This document shows, in pieces, positions 1 through 6,811 of a DNA stretch of 32,093 bases. The DNA lies in NCBI GenBank assembly GCA_035632135.1, contig DASQHK010000318.1, positions 1 to 32,093 on the forward strand, in the 5' to 3' direction. The translations under genes and the position numbers were made by a program. The stretch comes from Bryobacterales bacterium (lineage in GTDB: Bacteria; Acidobacteriota; Terriglobia; Bryobacterales; JACQDG01). The first letter of the stretch is position 1; each line of letters begins with the position of its first letter. The notes beneath the pieces were generated by a model. That model saw only the letters and a program-made list of their open reading frames with translations, did no database searches and was not told the origin of the DNA.

Positions 1-207
1 GCCGCCGCGCTCCATGTCGAGCGAGCTGGACAGCTCCAGAATGATCTGCATCGCTTTGTTGATGGCCGCCGAGCGTTCCGGGATCTTCCCCTCCTGCAAC
101 AACGCGCGGGCCTGCAACAGCGCATCGATGGCCCCGGCATAGAGCAGTTGCACCAGCCCGATGGGATCCGCCGACAAGACCTGGTTTTCGAGATAGGCGT
201 AGCGCAT
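1..207 (-). CDS. fliS: flagellar export chaperone FliS, N-terminal 69 codons only (gene continues beyond left edge)
   Basis: Not in the ORF track because it is truncated. Reverse complement from ATG at 207..205 reads MRYAYLENQVLSADPIGLVQLLYAGAIDALLQARALLQEGKIPERSAAINKAMQIILELSSSLDMERGG. This fits the FliS pattern (LY.GAI..L..A ... I.KA..II.EL..SLD.E.GG). It lies directly downstream of flaG. Confidence 0.75.
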   Translation of the reverse strand, partial: MRYAYLENQVLSADPIGLVQLLYAGAIDALLQARALLQEGKIPERSAAINKAMQIILELSSSLDMERGG

Positions 208-242
208 GGTTGTCTTTCCGGCCAGTCTGGGTCAAGACCCGC

Positions 243-560
243 TTAGGCCAATCGCCCGTGATTCTGGATCTGGCTCAGCACGGCCGCCAGGTGAATGACC
301 TCTTCCGGTGGTATCTGGCTGATCACCTCGTTGGTGGTGCGGTCCACGATCTGAATGAGGGGCCGGCCAGTGCCCCGGTCGACGGAAAAGCGCAGCTCGC
401 TGCCCGGGCCGTAGGATTGCTTGGCGTTGATGGCCTCAACAGCCTTGGCTACCTCGCGGTTCTTCGCCGCTTGCTGGGCTCCTGGTCCTTCAGGGCTGTT
501 TTGGGGATCCGTGCCGCCGCTCGCCAGTGTTGCTTGTAAAGAACTGATAGTCATGGTCAT
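243..560 (-). CDS. flaG: flagellar protein FlaG
   Basis: 105-aa ORF. The C-terminal half LRFSVDRGTGRPLIQIVDRTTNEVISQIPPEEVIHLAAVL matches the FlaG family signature (..v.D..TgEVIRQIPpEe.l). SD AAAGGGGA lies at 568..561 (minus). The second ATG at 554 has better SD spacing than the ATG at 560, so the true start may be 554. Confidence 0.8.
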   Translation of the reverse strand: MTMTISSLQATLASGGTDPQNSPEGPGAQQAAKNREVAKAVEAINAKQSYGPGSELRFSVDRGTGRPLIQIVDRTTNEVISQIPPEEVIHLAAVLSQIQNHGRLA

Positions 561-602
561 TCCCCTTTAGGCAAGGTCGAGTTGGGCAACCATAGGACGG
601 TT

Positions 603-626
603 GCTTAGCGGATCCTTCGCGCTAGC
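603..626 (-). promoter_or_regulatory. leader hairpin in flaG 5' UTR presenting AAGGAU in the loop
   Basis: Minus-strand RNA reads GCUAGCG-CGAAGGAUC-CGCUA(A)GC: a 7-bp stem with one bulged A and a 9-nt loop. Seen by eye, not energy-evaluated. Confidence 0.3.
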
Positions 627-658
627 CGGCTGGCGGCCTGCTAACCTACCCAACCCCC

Positions 659-666
659 TTATCGGC
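659..666 (-). promoter_or_regulatory. sigma-28 (FliA)-type -10 element GCCGATAA upstream of flaG
   Basis: Minus strand reads ...CTGGAAATTCCGGCCGATAAGGGGG..., an exact 8/8 match to the FliA -10 consensus GCCGATAA. It lies ~98 nt upstream of the flaG ATG, in the 271-nt gap after flgL. No convincing TAAA -35 is found at N15. Confidence 0.45.
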
Positions 667-698
667 CGGAATTTCCAGAGGCAACAAAGATTTGCCGG

Positions 699-751
699 CC
701 GGGAGGGCTTCTGACGGTCGGGAGGCTTCTGACGGCCGGGAGGGCTTTTGA
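699..751 (-). repeat. tandem direct repeat, ~19 nt x ~2.7 copies, upstream of the flaG promoter region
   Basis: Plus strand reads CCGGGAGGGCTTCTGACGG t CGGGAGG-CTTCTGACGG CCGGGAGGGCTTTTGA. It sits between the flgL stop and the GCCGATAA element. Confidence 0.85.
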
Positions 752-772
752 AAAGACCGCCCAGGCGGCCCG
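747..772 (-). terminator. possible weak intrinsic terminator after flgL
   Basis: Minus-strand RNA reads GGCCG-CCUGGG-CGGUC followed by UUUUC. The stem is only 5 bp (one G-U) and the U-tract is short. Confidence 0.3.
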
Positions 773-831
773 ACCACCGGGCGATGGTATTCTCGGGAAA
801 CGTCATCTCGAACCGCGCCCTGCTCGGGCCT

Positions 832-2388
832 TCAGGCCAAAAAATCGAACAAATTGCGGCCCGTTTGCTCTGCCGCCACCCGCAGCGCAGCCTGTTCGTT
901 GACCTGCGACTGGGCCAGATCGGTGGCCGCCTGCACCACGTCGGCATCCTGGAGATCGGAGAGCCGCTGCTGGTTGACGATGTCGGTCTGGCTGAGGGAA
1001 TTGACCGCCGTCTGGGCCTGCTGCTGGGCCGCGCCGTAGAAACCCTGGACGTTGCTGAGGTGGTCGACGACCGCCTGTAAAGGCGTGAGCGCTGCCTGGA
1101 TGCCGTTTACATCATTGGCCTGGAGTGCGTTTTCGAGCGCCGTCAGCGTGCCGAACACGTCGGCGCTGCCCGAGCCGCCGACGGTATGCTGCCCCGCCAG
1201 GCCGGAAATAAATCCCGTGCCACGGTCAAAATCGATGGCGTTAAGAGTGAAGCCGGCATTGCCGGTCACCGCCACCTGCCCGTTGGCCGCCGAAAAAACA
1301 ACGCCTGCCGAGCGCAGCTCCGGATTCTGCGCCACCTGGGCATTGAGCGCGGCGGCAATCTCCGCCGCAGACTCGCCTCCGATCGCGCCGCCCGGCTCGA
1401 GGCCCGTCACCAGGGCGCCTGTGGCCGTCGAAGTGAAGTGAAACCCGATGCCCGCCGTGCCTGACTCGACGATCTTCAGGTTGCCACCCTGGCTGCTGAA
1501 GGTGATCTTGCCCGCCAGTGCGGAATTCGCGGCGACCTGGGCGTTCAGCGCGGTGGCAATCTGGCCGGCGTTCTCCCCGCCGGCCATGGTCGCGGTGACC
1601 GAGCTGTTGATGCTGTTGTCGGTGGAGATGAAATTCACCGTCACCTGATCGCCGGTGTTGGGAACGGTGGGGGGCGCGGCCGCCACGAAAAAGCTCGGCA
1701 GATCGGCGGTAATCGTCCCGGAGAGGCCGTTGGTAAAGGTGATGCCCACCCCCACCGGCGGCGCCGGCGTGGCTGCCCCGGCAGTCCCGGCCGTGCGACC
1801 GGCGCCGGTAAAGGCCGCCGCATTCAGAAAGATGGTCTGGCCGTCGATATTCACCGGCGACTCGGTCCCGCCGGGAAAGGCGGCCTGCCGCTCGATGGTA
1901 TCCCCCCGGTACAGAACGCCAGACGGACCGGAGGAATCGGGCACGAACGGCTGCGTCGTTTCGGCCGAGCCGGCAAACAGGAACTTGCCTCCAAAGCTCG
2001 TGTTGGCGATGGTGATCATGTCCTGGACCAGCCCGGCCACCTCCACGCCGATCGAGGCGCGGGTCTGGGCGGTCTGATTGAAATTGCTGGCCTGGGAGGC
2101 CAGTGTCAGTGCGCGCGTTGCCACGTCGCCCGCCTGGCTGAGCGCGCCATCCACGCTGCGCAACTGATCGGTCACGCCCTGCAGGTTGGATTTGAACTGG
2201 GCGTCGGAGCTGATGGCGCTGTGGGTATCGATAATATCGGGAACCTGGACCGGGCCGTCGGAAGGCAGCCGCACCCGCAGCCCCGAAGAGATCTCGCTGG
2301 TCGCCTGCTGGTTCCGCTGCCGGATCACATCGAGATCCTCGGTTGACTGCCGCAGCGCCATCGTCAGCGTGATTCGTGAGAAATTCAT
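832..2388 (-). CDS. flgL: flagellar hook-associated protein 3 (hook-filament junction protein) FlgL
   Basis: 518 aa with flagellin-type N- and C-terminal helical regions (N-term ...RQRNQQATSEISSGLRV; C-term DADVVQAATDLAQSQVNEQAALRVAAEQTGRNLFDFL). It follows flgK. SD GGAGG at 2399..2395 lies 6 nt before the ATG at 2388. Confidence 0.9.
   Translation of the reverse strand: MNFSRITLTMALRQSTEDLDVIRQRNQQATSEISSGLRVRLPSDGPVQVPDIIDTHSAISSDAQFKSNLQGVTDQLRSVDGALSQAGDVATRALTLASQASNFNQTAQTRASIGVEVAGLVQDMITIANTSFGGKFLFAGSAETTQPFVPDSSGPSGVLYRGDTIERQAAFPGGTESPVNIDGQTIFLNAAAFTGAGRTAGTAGAATPAPPVGVGITFTNGLSGTITADLPSFFVAAAPPTVPNTGDQVTVNFISTDNSINSSVTATMAGGENAGQIATALNAQVAANSALAGKITFSSQGGNLKIVESGTAGIGFHFTSTATGALVTGLEPGGAIGGESAAEIAAALNAQVAQNPELRSAGVVFSAANGQVAVTGNAGFTLNAIDFDRGTGFISGLAGQHTVGGSGSADVFGTLTALENALQANDVNGIQAALTPLQAVVDHLSNVQGFYGAAQQQAQTAVNSLSQTDIVNQQRLSDLQDADVVQAATDLAQSQVNEQAALRVAAEQTGRNLFDFLA
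1174..1821 (-). repeat. FlgL copy of a ~215-aa insert module (two IN-type motifs) paralogous to FlgK 2798..3457
   Basis: FlgL aa ~190-405 aligns colinearly with FlgK aa ~326-545. The DNA is also similar (1329..1408 vs 2962..3041). Confidence 0.8.
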
Positions 2389-2401
2389 GGCTGGCCTCCG
2401 A

Positions 2402-4432
2402 TCAGGCCGGCAGCCCGATCAGCCCGATGACCGTATCGGCCAGCGTGCCGAGCACCGTGATGACCCGCGCGGTGGCCTGGTAGGCCTTCTGAAATTCGAC
2501 CAGGTGGGTGGCCTCCTCGTCCAGCGAAACGCCGGAAAAGGAGTCGCGCAGGTTCTGGGCTTGCAGCAGAACTTGTTTTTGCGTGTCCAGGCTGGTGCTC
2601 GCCTGGCTGGTATCCTGGCCGGCCTGCGAAACGAGCCGGCCGTAGAACTGGCCGGGCGTGAAACCGGCCACGAGCGGTGAGGAAGCCAGTTGCGCCATCG
2701 CCGAGGCATTCTCATTGCCGCCCGCGGAGGCCGGCCCGGAAGCGGCAATCTCCCGGTTCTGCAAGCCGGTGACCGCAAACGTGGCCGCCGCCGGCGAGCC
2801 TCCGGCGGTGAAAGTTCCTCCCAGCCCCGAAACGAAGCCCGTGCCGCTGGCGGAGTCCGTGGCCGTCGCCGTGAAGGTCACATTGGCGTCGAGTCTTACC
2901 TGGCCGGTGGGACCTCCGGCGGTGGTGAAGCGCACGCCCGCCGCGGCGAGCGCCGGGTTGAGCGCCACCTGGGCGTTCAGCGCGGCAGCGATCTCCGCCG
3001 CCGACTCTCCCCCCAGCGTCCCGCCGCTCTCCAGGCCCGAAGTGAAGGACGGGTCGCTCGTCGAGGCGGTGAACGTGTAGCCCTGGCCGGCCGTGTCGCT
3101 CTCGACCAGCTTCAGGCTGCCACCCTGGTCGCTGAAGGTAAACTTGCCGGCCAGCGCCGGGTTGAGCGCCACCTGGTCGTTGAGCCGCTGGGCGATGGTT
3201 GCGGTCGTATCGCCCGCGCCGAGCGGCGCGGTGGTGATGGAGGTTCTGGTGGCCTTATCGGCGCTCGTGAAATTCACCGAGACGGTGTCGCCGCTGGCCA
3301 CATTGGCCGGAGCGGCCGTGGCCACAAAGAAGCTGTTCAGGCTGGCCGTGAGCGAGCCGGAAAGACCGCCCGTAAAATTCACCGTCACGGCGTCGGGCGG
3401 CGCCGGCGTCGCGGCTCCGGTCGTGCCTGCTGCGCGCCCGCTTCCCGTAAAGGCGAGCGAGTTGTATTGAAAGATCGGCTTGCCCGCCAAGCCTGCCAGG
3501 TCGTGCCCCTGGGCAAGCTGCTCGTTAACCGTATCGGCCAGCGTCCCGGCCAATTGGTTGAGCTGGGAGAGATAGCTGGCGATGTTGGTGTTGCGGGCGG
3601 TGAGAAGCGCCCCCAACTGGCCGCCAGTCACGCCGGAGGTAACGTTGTTGCCGGCGGCGTCCTCGATCTGCAGTTGGGGGCCGGTCGGCACCGCCCGCAA
3701 AGGGAACGAGAAGGTCCCGCTTACGAGCGGCGTGCCGTTCGGCAGCACCAGCGACAGGGCGCCGTCGGACTGCTGCACTTCCTGGTAGTTCACCAGTCCC
3801 GCCAACTGCTCGAGCACCTGGTTCAGCCGCGTCTCGGTGGCGCTGTTGTTCGTGCCCGCGCTCCCTGGCGCCGTAGCCCGCTCGGAGCTGAGCTGCGCGA
3901 CCTCCGCGCTCAGGCTGTTGATCTGGTCGACCGTGCTCGACGCCTGCTGGTCCATGGTGGCGCGCTCGTTGGTCAGTCCGGTATAGGCGGTGTGCACGGC
4001 GGTGGCCAGCGTTTGCGCCGACTGCAGCACCTGCTGCCGCAGGTTGGAATCGCCCGGCGAGGTGGACAACGCCAGAAAGGAATTGAAAAACTGATCCATG
4101 GTCGCGCCGACCGACAGGTTTCCGGACAAGGGAAAGTTTTGCTGCACCTGGTTCAAGGTCTGCGACAGGCTGTCAAAATACGTCTTGCTCTGGAGCGCCG
4201 AGACCACCTGAAAGTCCAGGAACCGGTCGCGCACGCTCTGGACCTGCTCGACCGCCACGCCGCCCGACTGCCCGCCAGTCACCACAAACGGCAGCGCGTC
4301 GAAGAAAATCTGCTGGCGGGCATAACCCGGCGTGGTGGCGTTGTCCACGTTGTCCTGCGTCACCGCCAGCCCCTGGCCAAACACGCCCAGGCTGCTCGCC
4401 GCCGCGCCCAATGCTGCCAGGATATTCGCCAT
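2402..4432 (-). CDS. flgK: flagellar hook-associated protein 1 (hook-filament junction protein) FlgK
   Basis: The ORF-track ORF extends to 4573, but the conserved FlgK N-terminus MANILAALGAAASSLGVFGQGLAVTQDNVDNATTPGYARQ starts at ATG 4432. The C-terminus SGVSLDEEATHLVEFQKAYQATARVI is the rod/hook/HAP C-terminal signature. Length 676 aa. Confidence 0.9.
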   Translation of the reverse strand: MANILAALGAAASSLGVFGQGLAVTQDNVDNATTPGYARQQIFFDALPFVVTGGQSGGVAVEQVQSVRDRFLDFQVVSALQSKTYFDSLSQTLNQVQQNFPLSGNLSVGATMDQFFNSFLALSTSPGDSNLRQQVLQSAQTLATAVHTAYTGLTNERATMDQQASSTVDQINSLSAEVAQLSSERATAPGSAGTNNSATETRLNQVLEQLAGLVNYQEVQQSDGALSLVLPNGTPLVSGTFSFPLRAVPTGPQLQIEDAAGNNVTSGVTGGQLGALLTARNTNIASYLSQLNQLAGTLADTVNEQLAQGHDLAGLAGKPIFQYNSLAFTGSGRAAGTTGAATPAPPDAVTVNFTGGLSGSLTASLNSFFVATAAPANVASGDTVSVNFTSADKATRTSITTAPLGAGDTTATIAQRLNDQVALNPALAGKFTFSDQGGSLKLVESDTAGQGYTFTASTSDPSFTSGLESGGTLGGESAAEIAAALNAQVALNPALAAAGVRFTTAGGPTGQVRLDANVTFTATATDSASGTGFVSGLGGTFTAGGSPAAATFAVTGLQNREIAASGPASAGGNENASAMAQLASSPLVAGFTPGQFYGRLVSQAGQDTSQASTSLDTQKQVLLQAQNLRDSFSGVSLDEEATHLVEFQKAYQATARVITVLGTLADTVIGLIGLPA
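2798..3457 (-). repeat. FlgK copy of the ~215-aa insert module shared with FlgL
   Basis: See 1174..1821. Shared blocks are AFTGxGRxAGTxGAATPAPP, SFFVAxAAP, VNFxSxD, ALAGKxTFSxQGGxLKxVES, GGESAAEIAAALNAQVAxNP and GTGFxSGL. Confidence 0.8.
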
Positions 4433-4442
4433 TTTGTCGCTC

Positions 4443-4886
4443 TCAGCCCTGCGCCATGAGGCGCGGCACGTTGGGCAGGCTCGGCGCCCCGCTCGCGGAG
4501 TACTGCGCGCCGGCATGCACGCCGTAGAACAGCGCCAGGATCGTCGCCATGCCCGCACGAACCTGCTCGCCATGGGCCAGCATTTCCGCGATCCGCGCCG
4601 TCTGGCGGCGGATCTGCGCCAACCGTAACATCACATCGGCCGTACTTTGACCCGCTAGAGCCTGTCCGGCTTGAGGTGGTCCCGCCAGGCGATCTTGTTG
4701 CGCCCGCCGCGCGAGCCGTTCGAGCGCGACAATGGCTGCCTCCGCCCGCCCCGCCTGCTCGGCCAGCCGCTCCGGCTTTCCCGATGCCAGAGCGAGCGCC
4801 AGTTGCTCCAGTTGGAGGCAGACCGCATCCAGCTCACCCAGTTCGCCGGTGTAATTCGTCATGCCGTCCTCCGCCACGCCGCTCAT
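4443..4886 (-). CDS. flgN: putative FlgN-like export chaperone for FlgK/FlgL
   Basis: 147-aa helical protein (LQLEQLALALASGKPERLAEQAGRAEAAIVALERLARRAQ). The call is mainly positional (flgM-flgN-flgK). The ATG at 4886 overlaps the flgM stop (ATGA). An alternative ATG at 4862 is preceded by GGAGGA. Confidence 0.55.
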   Translation of the reverse strand: MSGVAEDGMTNYTGELGELDAVCLQLEQLALALASGKPERLAEQAGRAEAAIVALERLARRAQQDRLAGPPQAGQALAGQSTADVMLRLAQIRRQTARIAEMLAHGEQVRAGMATILALFYGVHAGAQYSASGAPSLPNVPRLMAQG

Positions 4887-5194
4887 TGCTCGACCAGCGT
4901 TGCCGCCACGATCTTGGCGCTCACCAGCTCGGAGGGAACCGTGTAGGTTCCGTTCGCCACCGCCTCTTGTAGCTTCCCGAGGCGCGCTACCATTTCCGGC
5001 GGATCCTGCGCGAGCGCGCGCGAAAGCTCCACGCCCAGCGTCGAGAGACTGGCGCTGTCGGTCCCCTCGGCGCTGCGGGACACGCCCGGCGAGCGTTCCG
5101 GCCCTCCGGTTGGCGTTGCTCCTCCCACCGCCCGGGAACGCAGATCATTCGAGGGCGAAACGCCCGAGGGAGAGAAACTGTCATCCACCTTCAT
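4883..5194 (-). CDS. flgM: anti-sigma-28 factor FlgM
   Basis: 103-aa protein that is Ser/Gly/Pro-rich and likely disordered at the N-terminus. The C-terminal LGKLQEAVANGTYTVPSELVSAKIV matches the FlgM signature (v..lk.aI..G.Y.vd...iA.ki). Confidence 0.8.
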   Translation of the reverse strand: MKVDDSFSPSGVSPSNDLRSRAVGGATPTGGPERSPGVSRSAEGTDSASLSTLGVELSRALAQDPPEMVARLGKLQEAVANGTYTVPSELVSAKIVAATLVEQ

Positions 5195-5616
5195 GGCTTT
5201 GTTGCCTCCATCGCCGGCAGGGGCTTGGCCCCTTTTGCCGGACGCGGCTCGCTTACTGCGGTTTTCCCCTCATGCTCCTTATCGACAAAAGCCGCAGAAG
5301 TTCCATGGGGACCCCGCTCTAGACCCTGCTGGATAAACCGGGCTAGGCCGAATCCCCCCCGCTCGGCCAGACTCAGGCTCAACGCCTGGTCGGCCATCTC
5401 GAGATAGGTGTCGCCGCCGGCCAGCGCGCCGGCCTTCTTTTTTTCCTCCTCGTCCTGGCCGGCCTCGCGCATGGTCTTCAACAGGTGCGCGATCAACAGC
5501 GCCTCAAACTGCCGCGCCGCTTCGGCCGTCTGCGCCGGGCTGTTCTTCTCGAGCCTCTGCAGGCGCGACAGGCCCGCCGAGTCCCATAGCCCGCCCGCCA
5601 CCACTTCCGGACTCAT
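5191..5616 (-). CDS. flgJ: rod-binding protein (FlgJ N-terminal domain type, no muramidase domain)
   Basis: 141 aa. AARQFEALLIAHLLKTMREAG matches the Rod_binding/FlgJ N-domain motif (a..FEa.f...mlK.MR). No glycoside-hydrolase-like region follows. ATGA overlaps occur at both ends (flgI stop and flgM start). Confidence 0.8.
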   Translation of the reverse strand: MSPEVVAGGLWDSAGLSRLQRLEKNSPAQTAEAARQFEALLIAHLLKTMREAGQDEEEKKKAGALAGGDTYLEMADQALSLSLAERGGFGLARFIQQGLERGPHGTSAAFVDKEHEGKTAVSEPRPAKGAKPLPAMEATKP

Positions 5617-6698
5617 ATCACCTCCAGCTCGGCGTCGAGCGCTCCCGCCGCCGCAATGCCTTGCATAATGGCGATCACATCCCGCGGCGTAGAGCCGATG
5701 TCGATCAGCGCCTTGATCAACTGCTCCACGCTCACGCCCTCCTTGAGCAGAATGTGCCGGGCCTTCTCCTCTTTCACCGCCACGCTGGTCTGCGGCACGA
5801 CGGTGGTCTGGCCCGGCGACAGCGGTCCAGGCTGGCTGACCTCGTAGCTGGTCACCACCTGCACCGTCAGATTGCCGTGCAGCACCGCGACCGGCGCGAT
5901 GTGCACGTCCTTCCCGATCACCACGGTTCCGGTCCGCTCGTTGAGCACCACTCGCGCCACGCGGTCGGAGGCCACCTCGACGGGCTCCATCTCCGCGATG
6001 AACTCGACCGGCCGCGTCCGGAACGACGCCGGCGGGGCGACCCTCACCAGGGCGGCGTTATCGGCATGGGCCACCCCCGCTCCGAACTTCTTGTTCAATG
6101 CCTCGGCGACTCGGGCGGCGGTGGTGAAGTCCGGCCGGCGCAACTGCAATTTCAACCCCCTCGGGTCGGGAGGCGCGGTCGGCGCCGCGCGCTCCACCAG
6201 CGCCCCGCCGGTAATGCGTCCCACGTTGGGATGGTTCACTTGCACCCCCGTCGCCGCCCCCCCGGCCGACAGGCCGCCGATTGATAGCGGCCCTTGCGCC
6301 GTGGCGTAAACTTCGCCGTTAGCCCCCTTCAGCTCGGTCAGCAGCAGTGTCCCGCCCTGCAGGCTCTGGGCGTCGCCCATGGAGCTGACCGTCACATCCA
6401 GCCGTCCCCCCGGATCGGCAAAGGGAGGCAGCGTGGCGGTCACCATCACCGCCGCCAGGTTGCGCACCTGCATGGTGGCCGGGTTGACGCTCACGCCGAA
6501 AGCCGCCAGCATGTTGGCCAGCGTCTGCAGCGGGAAGATGGTCTGCTGGCGGTCGCCGGTGCCCTTGAGGCCCACCACCAGCCCATAGCCCACGAGCTGG
6601 TTTTCCCGCACACCCTCCACATCCGCCAGGTCCTTGAGCCGCGCCGCCCGAAGCGCGAGCGATCCGAGCAGAGCCGCGATGATAATTTTCTTTTTCAT
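5613..6698 (-). CDS. flgI: flagellar P-ring protein FlgI
   Basis: 361 aa. Signal peptide MKKKIIIAALLGSLALRAA is followed by RLKDLADVEGVRENQLVGYGLVVGLKGTGD, the classic FlgI N-terminus. The C-terminus is IAIMQGIAAAGALDAELEVI. Confidence 0.95.
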   Translation of the reverse strand: MKKKIIIAALLGSLALRAARLKDLADVEGVRENQLVGYGLVVGLKGTGDRQQTIFPLQTLANMLAAFGVSVNPATMQVRNLAAVMVTATLPPFADPGGRLDVTVSSMGDAQSLQGGTLLLTELKGANGEVYATAQGPLSIGGLSAGGAATGVQVNHPNVGRITGGALVERAAPTAPPDPRGLKLQLRRPDFTTAARVAEALNKKFGAGVAHADNAALVRVAPPASFRTRPVEFIAEMEPVEVASDRVARVVLNERTGTVVIGKDVHIAPVAVLHGNLTVQVVTSYEVSQPGPLSPGQTTVVPQTSVAVKEEKARHILLKEGVSVEQLIKALIDIGSTPRDVIAIMQGIAAAGALDAELEVI

Positions 6699-6710
6699 GG
6701 TTTTTGGCCG

Positions 6711-6729
6711 GCCGGCATTCCTTGCCGGC
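6711..6729 (-). promoter_or_regulatory. intercistronic hairpin with AGGAA loop in the flgH-flgI spacer
   Basis: Minus-strand RNA reads GCCGGCA-AGGAA-UGCCGGC (perfect 7-bp stem, 5-nt loop). It ends 12 nt upstream of the flgI ATG (the AGGAA loop is ~21 nt upstream). The 113-nt flgH-flgI gap contrasts with ATGA overlaps elsewhere in this operon. Confidence 0.4.
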
Positions 6730-6811
6730 TGCTACGCCGCGCGGCGCCGGACATGGCGGGGTCACGCCGCTCATCCATCCTGCTTCTCGATCCGGCGCGG
6801 GGACCGCAGGC

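Noticed and set aside
2690-4459. 589-aa plus-strand ORF, along with similar long ORFs at 6704..7975, 15497..16492, 17505..18929, 18274..19605, 20076..21029, 21848..22870 and 29924..30946
   Set aside because: All are antisense or out of frame relative to genes with unmistakable family signatures (flgK, flgH/flgA, fliR, flhA, flhF, fliM, rlmB/EAL). Their compositions are Arg/Gly/Pro-biased, as expected for G+C-driven open frames.
4433-4573. N-terminal extensions given by the longest-ORF track: flgK to 4573, flgF to 10242, fliP from 14234, fliQ from 15253, flhF from 19446, fliM from 21857, FecR-like from 27720, rlmB from 29056 and EAL-HDOD from 30230
   Set aside because: The extensions overlap upstream genes or add Arg-rich non-conserved sequence. 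Conserved family N-termini, SD motifs or ATGA coupling identify the internal starts used in the feature list.
5276-5283. GTCGATAA (minus strand, 7/8 of the FliA -10) ~80 nt upstream of flgM, inside flgJ
   Set aside because: An internal class-III flgM promoter is attractive. However, the match is imperfect, it is coding sequence (V-D-K), and it has no TAAA -35. That is not enough support to call it.
6058-6065. A third exact GCCGATAA (minus strand) as a sigma-28 promoter
   Set aside because: It lies in the middle of the flgI coding sequence (codons H-A-D-N) and has no plausible -35. It is ~440 nt upstream of flgJ, which is translationally coupled to flgI. It is most likely a chance occurrence.
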